From the IMG/VR virus record IMGVR_UViG_3300037488_000489, positions 53,712 through 117,711 of that record: a DNA stretch of 64,000 nt. One strand, given 5' to 3'. Position 1 is the first letter of the stretch, and each line of letters begins with the position of its first letter. The DNA comes from a virus. Its lineage: Duplodnaviria; Heunggongvirae; Uroviricota; Caudoviricetes. The position numbers and the translations under genes were made by a program. The notes below the pieces were generated by a model. That model did not search any database. It saw nothing but the letters and a program-made list of their open reading frames with translations, and had not been told where the DNA came from. Below, piece by piece: positions 17,194 to 25,693 of this stretch.

Positions 17194-19145
17194 TAGAATA
17201 ATGTCATTTGATTGGGATTAATAATAATTTTTCTTTTTTTACCTTCTAATTGTATCTTATGTACAATACGCTCAGCACGCTCTATATAATATGCGTGATT
17301 AATGTTATCCAGAGGATGGTCTTTGGTTAATTTATTACAAACTGTCATTAGCCATTCACCTGCTTCTACTTGACTCACATCTGCTGCATTAGTTGTACAA
17401 TCAGGATTTTTTATCTTTAAGAGTTTCTCTCCTGTATTAGATACATAATAACGAATCAACTTGTTGTACACTGTTCTTTTAGCACCAGCTACACCTTCAT
17501 AATGAAAGTCTTTACTAGCCTTCTGCCTTAATGCAAAATCATATATATTATTATGATTGGTGATAGTGTCAGCAATAGGTATATTGTGAACAAAATACTG
17601 TTCAAGAGCCATAGGAATAACACGACCAGACTTATTTTTATGTAGCTCAAAATCTGTGAGGAAATCTCCTTTCTTTTTAATTTCTCCATTTGTTTTAATT
17701 GCTAAATAGTCATTTACTGTTGAGAATATAATCTTAGCATAGTCTGTACGCTCTAGTTCATATGTAGTTAAATCCATCCACCACTTATTAAGCTCATGCA
17801 TCTTATCAATCTTGTTCTTATCAATCTGAATTGTAACACCATCTGTGTTAGCTGATATAACATGTATACCATTCAATTCATACTGTTCAATCAACATTAA
17901 TAGACTCAATTCACCTGTAATAGTAGTGAACATAGTTAGTTGTCTATCATAGATCCAGTTCTGCATATCAGAGCTTTTACCATACACAGAGTTAACTGCT
18001 AACTTCAATGCTCCAACAATACCTGCTATCTTCTTATCCTTCTTAGCTAAAGGTTTGAGTTCTAGTCTCTTCTCAAACATCTGTTTGTATCCTCTAAGAA
18101 ACTCTTTACCTAAATGCTGTGGATATTTACCATTGTTAATGATAATAGCTGGATAGTATGAACTAACATCCCAATCAATGATTTCTACATCTTCATCAGC
18201 CTCAAATATCTTGGGCTTGTTTTCTGTATGTAAACCACCCTTGGCAAATGTATATGTATTATTATAGAACACTAATGACTCTTTAAAATCATCAGTCATT
18301 GTAAAGATTTGTTTCTTTACATGCTTTAAGAATGCTTGCAGCTCTGGTGTCTGGAATGTTACATAATCAGCAATACAATTTCTAGCTTTAACATCTTTAC
18401 GAAAGTATCCTTTCTTTGGTAGATCGCTGTATTGTATACCTTTCTCTGAACAATAATACTTCTTAATCATTTCGTCACCAATCTTACTATCAGAATAGTT
18501 AAGACATGGTATACCAAACTCTTCTTCAATATCTTGTCTGAGCTCTATTTGATTATTACCCTTATATAATGGATGTTCAGTGTTACCTGTTGTTACCAAA
18601 TAGAATTCATAAGTGGCATATATATCATTGCGACAGTAATCAATAGTTAGTTCTATTTCATCATCAGTCATGTTAGTCTTTGTGTGATGGATAGGCATCT
18701 CTTCAATGTTCTCTAGATCCATCTCAAACTCTAATCGTTTCAATGATACACGTCTGTTCTTATTATCATAATGATTAACTCTAAACAAATCTATTTGCTT
18801 ATTAGATAACCATTCTTCCCTATATTCTGGGAATACATCATAGTTTGCATCATGTATTATGTCTGCAGCCTTCTGAGCTATCAATGCACATACATCTAGT
18901 GCACCTATCTCATGCCAGTTCTGATGATTGCGTATGATCCACTCAACTACTTGACTGTCAAAGCGTAGATTGTTATAACCTACCCAATAGAAGTCTTTAT
19001 AGTCTTCTGTGAATCTAACAAACGCATCAATCTGGTTTGTATTTTTACTCACCTGGAATTCATGCCATTGCTGTGTTTCAGGATTATATATACAAACTAG
19101 AAACAGCTCCTGCATGGTTTCTATGTCATAGATGAGTACGTTCAT
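17193..19145 (-). CDS. family-B DNA polymerase (compact, 650 aa) with 3'-5' exonuclease domain
   Basis: Exo I 'LIYDIET', Exo II 'YNNLRFDSQ', Exo III 'YCRNDIYATYE', motif A 'DWDVSSYYPAII' (DxxSLYP), motif B 'KLAVNSVYGK' (Kx3NSxYG), motif C 'ISANTDGV' (NTDG in place of DTDS). Confidence 0.85.
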   Translation of the reverse strand: MNVLIYDIETMQELFLVCIYNPETQQWHEFQVSKNTNQIDAFVRFTEDYKDFYWVGYNNLRFDSQVVEWIIRNHQNWHEIGALDVCALIAQKAADIIHDANYDVFPEYREEWLSNKQIDLFRVNHYDNKNRRVSLKRLEFEMDLENIEEMPIHHTKTNMTDDEIELTIDYCRNDIYATYEFYLVTTGNTEHPLYKGNNQIELRQDIEEEFGIPCLNYSDSKIGDEMIKKYYCSEKGIQYSDLPKKGYFRKDVKARNCIADYVTFQTPELQAFLKHVKKQIFTMTDDFKESLVFYNNTYTFAKGGLHTENKPKIFEADEDVEIIDWDVSSYYPAIIINNGKYPQHLGKEFLRGYKQMFEKRLELKPLAKKDKKIAGIVGALKLAVNSVYGKSSDMQNWIYDRQLTMFTTITGELSLLMLIEQYELNGIHVISANTDGVTIQIDKNKIDKMHELNKWWMDLTTYELERTDYAKIIFSTVNDYLAIKTNGEIKKKGDFLTDFELHKNKSGRVIPMALEQYFVHNIPIADTITNHNNIYDFALRQKASKDFHYEGVAGAKRTVYNKLIRYYVSNTGEKLLKIKNPDCTTNAADVSQVEAGEWLMTVCNKLTKDHPLDNINHAYYIERAERIVHKIQLEGKKRKIIINPNQMTLF

Positions 19146-19268
19146 ATAATTTTATTAATTGTTCAACTTTTAAATATACAGTGGGAAATTGTGATGGTTT
19201 ATACCATTTATCATCCTTATACCTAACATAATTGTTTTTTGTTATCCATTCTAATAAATCTAACATAA

Positions 19269-19484
19269 TTAAAATTGTATTGAAGGTGTAACGAATCCAA
19301 ATTTTATAGGCTCACCTAATTCATAAATTTCAAGCTTACCATCAGCATCTAAATATGTATCAGGATTTTCATTGAAATCATCAATGATATCTTGTTTTGT
19401 ACCTACTACCCATGCTTCTGTATTTTCATATATTACAACATATTGCTTTTGTTTAGCTGGTTGAACTACTTTTTTCTTTTTCAT
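19269..19484 (-). CDS. hypothetical small protein (71 aa)
   Basis: ORF. Confidence 0.4.
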   Translation of the reverse strand: MKKKKVVQPAKQKQYVVIYENTEAWVVGTKQDIIDDFNENPDTYLDADGKLEIYELGEPIKFGFVTPSIQF

Positions 19485-19486
19485 AA

Positions 19487-19648
19487 TTAGTTTCGTTTAT
19501 TTCGTTTAGATTGATACACTGCTCTTACTTCATCTAATTTCTTTAAGAATTCTCTGTTCTCAGAGCGTTCATTGTCCCACAACGTGGATACATTAAACTT
19601 GCGTGCCCAATCATTAAATGTTATTTGTTGTTCTATTTTAGTTGCCAT
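19487..19648 (-). CDS. hypothetical small protein (53 aa), paralog of 22241..22429
   Basis: Manual translation MATKIEQQITFNDWARKFNVSTLWDNERSENREFLKKLDEVRAVYQSKRNKRN. Shares the 'F(N/T)DWA(R/K)' motif with the 62-aa protein at 22241..22429. Below the ORF-track size cutoff. Confidence 0.3.
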   Translation of the reverse strand: MATKIEQQITFNDWARKFNVSTLWDNERSENREFLKKLDEVRAVYQSKRNKRN

Positions 19649-19887
19649 TATTCTGTTTCGTTAGTATGTATATTCTTAAACTTATCTGCAGCTATGCTGT
19701 CTTGTTCTTCTAATAGCTCTAATGCTATTTCATATCTGGTAAGGTTTACATTACTAATATATAGTTCGTCATATATTGAGTCTACTCTGTTCTGTAGAAT
19801 AGTATTCTCTCTCTTTAAGCTTGCTGTTTCATAACCAGCTGCAAATAACACAATTGCTGCTATTGCAAGTAATATTGCTGTTTTCAT
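19648..19887 (-). CDS. small membrane-anchored/secreted protein (79 aa)
   Basis: N-terminal hydrophobic segment 'MKTAILLAIAAIVLFAAG', then a charged helical region. Confidence 0.45.
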   Translation of the reverse strand: MKTAILLAIAAIVLFAAGYETASLKRENTILQNRVDSIYDELYISNVNLTRYEIALELLEEQDSIAADKFKNIHTNETE

Positions 19888-20041
19888 AGGTTATTTGTAT
19901 GTTTTAATATATTCTTTAATGCACCATTTAATCATGTCCCAGATGTAATATCTTTGCTTAGATTTAGTTAGTTTGTGTAAACCCTCATAATATGTAAAAT
20001 ATTTATTCATAATATGTAATTTATTGCACTAAATTAGAAAT

Positions 20042-20314
20042 TTATTTCTTTTTTGCTGCTTTTTTCACTGTTTTAGGCACTATATTGCTCTTTTTAGAAC
20101 TATATTTCTCTTTTCCTTCAAGAGTTGTTAGTAATGCAGCACTAATTATTTTAAGCAATTCTTCATCTTGTTCCATTGCACTTGCAAATGCAGCACCAAG
20201 ACCAGCACCATTATTCATATCATCACTATATATAACGTCTACATGATTACCATTTACGTTCATAAAGAAATGAGCACTAATGTCTTTTACTTTTAAGGTT
20301 TTACTTTTTGCCAT
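20042..20314 (-). CDS. hypothetical protein with Lys-rich C-terminus (90 aa)
   Basis: ORF ending '...TVKKAAKKK'. Confidence 0.45.
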   Translation of the reverse strand: MAKSKTLKVKDISAHFFMNVNGNHVDVIYSDDMNNGAGLGAAFASAMEQDEELLKIISAALLTTLEGKEKYSSKKSNIVPKTVKKAAKKK

Positions 20315-20347
20315 GTTTGTGTTTGTTTAATTGTTAATGTTTAATTG

Positions 20348-20758
20348 TGGAGGTGAGGGGAGTTGAACCCCTGTCCAGACAAGTGATAATAATACCATTC
20401 TTACATGCTTAGATCTGAAGCTGTTCATGTACATTTACTTAGAGCAATTACAATGTATTACTACATAGTCCTAAGCACTTCTAATCAGTAGTTGGGATCG
20501 CAGGTCTTGCTATCTACCACCACTCTATTTTGACATAATAGAGAAAACGCTTGTAACTTTCTGTTGCCAGGTTGTTACCACCCCGTTGACTAAGCTGCTA
20601 ATGCATACTCAGTAGCGAAGATAGAAGCTAAGATAGCTTCACCTTCTGCAACACGCTCAGATTGACTCTTTACGGTTATTGTTTAGAACTTGTTTACCTG
20701 TTCCAAGGCTTGCATGTGATACTACCAGCCTCATGTCTGTCAAAGCCAGTACACCCCC
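20348..20758 (-). ncRNA. ssrA: tmRNA (ssrA), phage-encoded
   Basis: Minus strand 5' end GGGGGUGUACUGGCUUUGACAG (consensus GGGGcUGauucUGGaUUcGAC). 3' end GGACAGGGGUUCAACUCCCCUCACCUCCA has a T-arm and 7-bp acceptor with G3:U70. Internal tag frame GCA GAA GGU GAA GCU AUC UUA GCU UCU AUC UUC GCU ACU GAG UAU GCA UUA GCA GCU UAG ends ...ATEYALAA-stop. Confidence 0.8.
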
Positions 20759-20759
20759 A

Positions 20760-20957
20760 TTATATATGTCTATCTAAAGATATATTCTTACAGAATCTGA
20801 TTTCTTTATTGCTCAATGTCCATATCTCACCATTATCCATGGCACATGTAAATAAAAGATTATGCTCTTGGCTATAGTCTATAACCAAGAAAGCATAACC
20901 TTCCATTTCATCAGAATATCTCATGATAGGTATCATTGGATTCAGTTGGAGAATCAT
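20760..20957 (-). CDS. hypothetical small protein (65 aa)
   Basis: ORF ending 2 nt from the tmRNA 5' end; coding status uncertain. Confidence 0.3.
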   Translation of the reverse strand: MILQLNPMIPIMRYSDEMEGYAFLVIDYSQEHNLLFTCAMDNGEIWTLSNKEIRFCKNISLDRHI

Positions 20958-21068
20958 TCTTTTTCTTTTTAATTATGTTACCATTCTTATCCATGAATGG
21001 AGCCCTATGAAATTCATAGGACATCCATACAAAGATAGCTAGTAACACAAATATAACGATATATACCA

Positions 21069-21287
21069 TTATTTGTAGAATTTAGCTCTGATAAATTTAG
21101 ACTTTTCTTGTGTATACTCATTTGTAGGTGTATACATATATCTACCATTCTTAATCTGTAATCTATTAGCAGCTGTTTTAGCTGCAGCATTACGATAGAT
21201 GGATTCAATTAAGTTATCTGCACTTGGTACGTAACTTAGCACTTGTATATGTGCATAGTCTTTACTAGATCCAATTAATGTTGCCAT
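21069..21287 (-). CDS. hypothetical small protein (72 aa)
   Basis: ORF downstream of the ParB-like gene. Confidence 0.35.
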   Translation of the reverse strand: MATLIGSSKDYAHIQVLSYVPSADNLIESIYRNAAAKTAANRLQIKNGRYMYTPTNEYTQEKSKFIRAKFYK

Positions 21288-21292
21288 GATTG

Positions 21293-22099
21293 TTATTTTA
21301 ATTTTGTGAATAATTCAACCAATTTACCATCTTCTTGTGTAGCTAATACAAACTCTTTCTTGTTTTTCTTAAGGTTTTCTAAGAACTTAGGATGATTATA
21401 TTTGCTTGTACCTCTTACAAATTTAACGTATTCTCTACATAAATATTTGTTTTCAAATCTATTCATTCTAGGAACAACCTTCAATACATCTGTTAAATTG
21501 TTTAATATGTTGATATTCTTTGCCTCATCAACTATTTTAAACTCTCCACATTTGATTCTTCTAGTGATATTACCACCATCTGATACATTATTACATAATA
21601 TAGAAGATAATACACCCATGTCAAAATCATATACTTGGTAGTAATGATTAAGCTTTACATAATCAGGAACTAATGAGCTCCATGCTGTAATGTAATCAGT
21701 TAGAGCCCAGTTCTTAGATGATGCATTCAATAATGCAATCTTCTCTACTAGTTCTACCTTGTCTTTTACAGTGATTATTACATATGGAATGTCCATGTTG
21801 TTTCTAATCAACGCATTAAACAAATGCTGACCATCAATGATGTAAGTTTTCTTTTTACCATCAATAAATGCTATTTCAGCTGCTACAACAGGTCTAATAA
21901 TACCCATTCTGTTTACTGAATTTGCTAATTTAGTCACCTGAGCTGGATTAATAGCTCTGTTAATACCTGCTAGGTAATAAAATGACTGTTTACTGTCTTT
22001 TTTCAATGTTGAGATTTTCATGTTTTCTGTGTTTATTTTTAGATTTTTTATAATGTCTACTAGCTTGTTGTTGTCTAAGTACTTGCTTAGGTGTGTCAT
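21293..22099 (-). CDS. ParB-like nuclease domain protein
   Basis: ParB/Srx N-terminal domain pattern 'IRPVVAAE...YIIDGQHLFNAL' (DGxH(R)xxA). Confidence 0.55.
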   Translation of the reverse strand: MTHLSKYLDNNKLVDIIKNLKINTENMKISTLKKDSKQSFYYLAGINRAINPAQVTKLANSVNRMGIIRPVVAAEIAFIDGKKKTYIIDGQHLFNALIRNNMDIPYVIITVKDKVELVEKIALLNASSKNWALTDYITAWSSLVPDYVKLNHYYQVYDFDMGVLSSILCNNVSDGGNITRRIKCGEFKIVDEAKNINILNNLTDVLKVVPRMNRFENKYLCREYVKFVRGTSKYNHPKFLENLKKNKKEFVLATQEDGKLVELFTKLK

Positions 22100-22241
22100 C
22101 CATTGTTAGTTGTATTACCTGGGATCGTGGTTTAAGTGGTAATGGTATACTAAGAAAGCTCATTGCTCCCTTATCTACATTATCTTTATATCTACCATCT
22201 ATAAACTTACGTTCACCTGGTTTAGCATCTATCCTTTTCAT
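21990..22241 (-). CDS. hypothetical basic protein (83 aa)
   Basis: ORF overlapping the ParB-like gene start by about 110 nt; may be mis-started or non-coding. Confidence 0.25.
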   Translation of the reverse strand: MKRIDAKPGERKFIDGRYKDNVDKGAMSFLSIPLPLKPRSQVIQLTMDDTPKQVLRQQQASRHYKKSKNKHRKHENLNIEKRQ

Positions 22242-22429
22242 TACGCAAGAGTTAGTTGTTTTAGATATTTTACTTGTCTTTCTCTATCCCATAAATTCAT
22301 CATGTCTTGAGCCTTATCTGTTAGTTTGGATCTGTTATATGCAATACCAACTCTAAGTTCTTTAGCCCAATCAGTAAATGATAATTGTTTGTCAGGATAG
22401 ACAGTTGATTGTGTTTTAATGTTCTCCAT
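22241..22429 (-). CDS. hypothetical small protein (62 aa), paralog of 19487..19648
   Basis: Shares 'SFTDWAKE' and 'WDRERQ' with 'TFNDWARK' and 'WDNERS' of the other copy. Confidence 0.4.
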   Translation of the reverse strand: MENIKTQSTVYPDKQLSFTDWAKELRVGIAYNRSKLTDKAQDMMNLWDRERQVKYLKQLTLA

Positions 22430-22456
22430 AATTAAATTGATTAATAATTAAATAAA

Positions 22457-23062
22457 TTAGTCTTCTGGTTCATCATCTGGATTATCATCCATTTCATCCC
22501 AATCTTCTTCAGGATAGTCATCTTGCTCATACAAATAGTCATCCTCATCCCATAATAGTCTAAGTGTTGCCTTATCCATGTATAGAATTGGAACAGCTAA
22601 GCCATCTTCAAAGGCTAAGTCTTCTATTTCTATCTCAAGCTCACCATTATAATCTGATAGTATGAGATTGATATCTTTGAGCTCTATGTCTCTAAGTTCA
22701 TCTGTACCTGGTCCTTCATCCCACCAACCTATTTGATCAGGTGATGCTAATACATCAGCTTTAATATCAGGATTGGCTGTGAATGATACAACCACAGGCA
22801 TAACAGGACAACCATTTAGTTGTACATAAGCTTCCTGATCTTCTGGTGTATGACCTAATAGAAACAGTCTATCATATGTATATCTTTTACCATATATGAC
22901 ATCTGTAATTGTTTGTTTGAACCACATGCCTGGTTTTAGTTTTTCAGGCATATATGAGTCAAACGTTAGTTTTGCTTTTATGTACATAATTTGTTTATTT
23001 AATGATGAAATAAATAAGGACCCAGCTAGGGGAAGCTGAGCCCTATATTTACCAACACACAC
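22457..23062 (-). CDS. hypothetical protein with poly-acidic C-terminus (201 aa)
   Basis: ORF ending 'EDWDEMDDNPDDEPED'. Confidence 0.5.
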   Translation of the reverse strand: MCVGKYRAQLPLAGSLFISSLNKQIMYIKAKLTFDSYMPEKLKPGMWFKQTITDVIYGKRYTYDRLFLLGHTPEDQEAYVQLNGCPVMPVVVSFTANPDIKADVLASPDQIGWWDEGPGTDELRDIELKDINLILSDYNGELEIEIEDLAFEDGLAVPILYMDKATLRLLWDEDDYLYEQDDYPEEDWDEMDDNPDDEPED

Positions 23063-23217
23063 ATCTAAAATCCTAATAGCTCTAAATCTTGTGCATTAGC
23101 CTCAATTGAGACTACGGTGTGTTTAATACTTTCTATTCTATATTTAAACTTTGCTATCATCTTAAATATATAGAACTCCTGAGGTGTTAACTGTATTGTT
23201 TTCATCTTATTGCTATA

Positions 23218-23487
23218 TTAATGTGAGTTTTTAGATAGGTTAAATCTAACCTTTGTGTCTTTAATTTGATCTAAACATTCATCATAACCCTTAAAATAGT
23301 AATATGTTTCCAATCTACATATATAACTATCAATAAGTAAATAACCTCCAACATATCCAATAGCGGACATTAGAGAAATTAAAGCAAGCTTCTCATTGCT
23401 GTATTCAACAGCTAATGGAAAGAGTATGATTAAAACTGTGGTAATAATCATCATGGTGATACCAAGGTACAATTCAAATTTTTTCAT
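23218..23487 (-). CDS. small membrane protein (89 aa, about 2 TM)
   Basis: Hydrophobic segments 'ITMMIITTVLIILFPLAV' and 'LISLMSAIGYVGGYLLI'. Confidence 0.45.
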   Translation of the reverse strand: MKKFELYLGITMMIITTVLIILFPLAVEYSNEKLALISLMSAIGYVGGYLLIDSYICRLETYYYFKGYDECLDQIKDTKVRFNLSKNSH

Positions 23488-23683
23488 AAATAATGTGCGT
23501 TAAATGATTTATTTTGATGTATTGTTTAATAACTATTGCAATGAGTATAAAGATAAACAATGGTATAGCGATGTAAAACACTATTATATTGATTTCTCTA
23601 TATGTAAACCCTGTCATATGAGCTAGATAGAATAATCCATCTACACTGATGTCATACAACCAATCTGTAAGTGATTTAGACAT
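23474..23683 (-). CDS. small membrane protein (69 aa)
   Basis: Hydrophobic segment 'IIVFYIAIPLFIFILIAIVI'. Confidence 0.45.
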   Translation of the reverse strand: MSKSLTDWLYDISVDGLFYLAHMTGFTYREINIIVFYIAIPLFIFILIAIVIKQYIKINHLTHIIYEKI

Positions 23684-23689
23684 AATGTA

Positions 23690-23968
23690 TTAGTTGTCTA
23701 TGTATTCAAATACAAACTTATTGTAAGTTGTGTCATATATAACCATCATCATTGTAGGATTTGTTCTATCCTTAGATGTGGTCTCTATGTTAAACTCTTC
23801 AGGCATGTCATAGAAGCTTCTGTCTTGAGCCATATGACTAATCTTGTACTCATCATACACTACACATATAGTGAGCAGTATGATAATAATTAAATATAAT
23901 CTTTTCATAATGTGTGTTAATTGATTGATTAATAATGTGTTGTAAAAAATATAGATTTTGTGCCTCAA
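23690..23968 (-). CDS. small membrane/secreted protein (92 aa)
   Basis: Signal-anchor-like 'MKRLYLIIIILLTICVV' after a possible internal start. Confidence 0.45.
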   Translation of the reverse strand: MRHKIYIFYNTLLINQLTHIMKRLYLIIIILLTICVVYDEYKISHMAQDRSFYDMPEEFNIETTSKDRTNPTMMMVIYDTTYNKFVFEYIDN

Positions 23969-24066
23969 TCTACAAAGCCTCTGATCAATGAAGTAGAACA
24001 GATAAACTCCTATAATATATGTAATCTTACCTTTGGTACGCTAAAGGCTAATAACGAAAGAATACA

Positions 24067-24381
24067 TTAACGCTTGTAATAATATGGTTTAACGTGCTGT
24101 TGCTTGTAGAAATATTGTTGATCATTAGAAGGACATGTCTGTCTAATAGTTGTACATGACACTAATGATAACATTGCTGCTACAAATGCAAATGTTTTAA
24201 AACTCTTCCAGAAATCTATTTCTTGTCTAAGGTCCTTAATAATAACAAACAATAGACATACAATAGCTGAAAGGATAAATATAACACCTAACATCAAATG
24301 TGATGGTGTTGGTGCTGTAAGTAATAAATAACTACCTGCTGATGAGCTAATAATAGTCATTGATGCGAATACAAATTTCAT
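24067..24381 (-). CDS. small membrane protein (104 aa, about 3 TM)
   Basis: Three hydrophobic stretches and a basic C-terminus. Confidence 0.45.
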   Translation of the reverse strand: MKFVFASMTIISSSAGSYLLLTAPTPSHLMLGVIFILSAIVCLLFVIIKDLRQEIDFWKSFKTFAFVAAMLSLVSCTTIRQTCPSNDQQYFYKQQHVKPYYYKR

Positions 24382-24383
24382 AA

Positions 24384-24611
24384 CTAATTGGTTTTAAATA
24401 ATTTAATAGATTCAAAGTCTTTATCATCCCCAGACATATATATAATAGACATCATCATAAAGTAGAATGCGTAACATATAATGTAAGGAGTGGAAGTAAT
24501 AGCATCTTGGTATACAAATGCAAATCCTGTAACTAATAAGAAGAATAAGACTATAATATAAGGTATAGTCCATAGAGCTAATAAGTTAGCAATGTGTTTG
24601 ATTAAGTTCAT
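24384..24611 (-). CDS. small membrane protein (75 aa, about 2 TM)
   Basis: Hydrophobic segments 'LLALWTIPYIIVLFFLLVTGFAFV' and 'YIICYAFYFMMMSIIYM'. Confidence 0.45.
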   Translation of the reverse strand: MNLIKHIANLLALWTIPYIIVLFFLLVTGFAFVYQDAITSTPYIICYAFYFMMMSIIYMSGDDKDFESIKLFKTN

Positions 24612-24619
24612 GTGTTGTG

Positions 24620-24988
24620 TTATTTAGCTGTGATTGTTAATGTGTTATATCCTAATTCAAGTTCAAATGTAGCATGATAGCAATTAAAGCCCTCTACATC
24701 CTTAATAGTCTCCATAGAAAATGTCTTACCTTGAAACATAAGATGATCATGACCAGTAGTAATAAGATTATCATCTTTATCATAGACACTAATCTTACAC
24801 CATTTATATTCATCATCCCATATCTCATTAGTATGAACTATTCTAATAGAGTCAAATGTTTTTGTTTCTCTCATATAATTGTTATTTAATGCTATATATA
24901 TTGTATTGTATAGCATGATTGATGAATAGTTATTTGGTATACATAAACCATGTGAGGGTGACACACCTATTCTCACATTCACAAACAA
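24620..24988 (-). CDS. hypothetical protein (122 aa)
   Basis: ORF preceded upstream by tandem CCCA(A)CCCTAT(A/G)TA repeats at 25030..25075. Confidence 0.45.
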   Translation of the reverse strand: MFVNVRIGVSPSHGLCIPNNYSSIMLYNTIYIALNNNYMRETKTFDSIRIVHTNEIWDDEYKWCKISVYDKDDNLITTGHDHLMFQGKTFSMETIKDVEGFNCYHATFELELGYNTLTITAK

Positions 24989-25109
24989 ATTGTAAATAGT
25001 GAGAGAGTTTTGTTGTTTTACAAGCCCAACCCTATATAATGTGCCATTATGCCCACCCTATGTATAAAAACAAGAGGACAATCAATTGATTATCCCCTTG
25101 TTAATTAAA

Positions 25110-25550
25110 TTACAATGCAATTAGGTCTTGATGATTAACTGCTTTGGTGCTCACTGCCACGGTCTTTAATTCAGATGCGTTGAATTTAACAACACCTGTT
25201 CCTGGCATACTGATGTAATTGATTCCATTCTGATCTTCAAGGATAGAATAGTCTGCTAACTCAGATAATGTGATGTTCTTAGCTCTAAGGTCTCTACTAA
25301 CAGACTCAGAACAGCTGATGCTAATAGACTCTGGTTGTCCATTCTCAGCAATCTTGCCATTGTACACTAATACTAAGACACGATTGTAAACCATTTCGCC
25401 CTTAGCATTGAGTTTAGTCTCACGCTTTAAGTTAGACGGAATCAAACCTAATGCACCCTTCTCAGTCATAAGGTCTCTAACACTACCGTTGTTAACTAAT
25501 GTAGTTGCTGTTGCAGAAGCTTGGTAAGCTTGGAAAATTGGTAAAGCCAT
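25110..25550 (-). CDS. hypothetical early protein (146 aa)
   Basis: Second ORF of the leftward early operon. Preceded by a terminator and AGGWGGKGTATC repeats. Confidence 0.5.
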   Translation of the reverse strand: MALPIFQAYQASATATTLVNNGSVRDLMTEKGALGLIPSNLKRETKLNAKGEMVYNRVLVLVYNGKIAENGQPESISISCSESVSRDLRAKNITLSELADYSILEDQNGINYISMPGTGVVKFNASELKTVAVSTKAVNHQDLIAL

Positions 25551-25621
25551 AATACTTGGTTGGTTGACCTACACACCATAAGGTTTTTGATTGTTTATTG
25601 TTATGTTAAAATACTCAGGTT

Positions 25622-25647
25622 GCAGGAGGGGTATCAGGTGGTGTATC
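25622..25647. repeat. tandem 12-mer repeat GGAGGGGTATC/AGGTGGTGTATC (AGGWGGKGTATC family)
   Basis: Two adjacent copies. Same family as the two copies at 26232..26274. Confidence 0.6.
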
Positions 25648-25655
25648 TATAAGTT

Positions 25656-25687
25656 GGTGGAAAAAGAGAGAGCTGTTACACTCTCTC
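25656..25687 (-). terminator. rho-independent terminator after first early gene (minus strand)
   Basis: Minus strand reads GAGAGAG-TGTAACAG-CTCTCTC then TTTTT. Lies 6 nt downstream of the stop of 25694..26107. Confidence 0.5.
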
Positions 25688-25693
25688 TTAATT

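Noticed and set aside
20346-20380. tRNA-like T-arm and acceptor (GGTTCAACTCCCC...CACCTCCA) on the minus strand
   Set aside because: Not a stand-alone tRNA: there is no D-arm or anticodon arm adjacent. It is the 3' tRNA-like domain of the tmRNA, whose 5' acceptor strand lies 400 nt away at 20752..20758.
20348-20758. tmRNA as a prophage attachment site or host DNA (window being a host chromosome with an integrated element)
   Set aside because: No integrase or recombinase anywhere in 64 kb. Phage replication genes lie on one side and the packaging and structural module on the other, with uniform composition, so the tmRNA is embedded in the phage genome.
20662-20877. Plus-strand ORF 20662..20877
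   Set aside because: Lies across the 5' half of the tmRNA gene on the opposite strand; no independent support.
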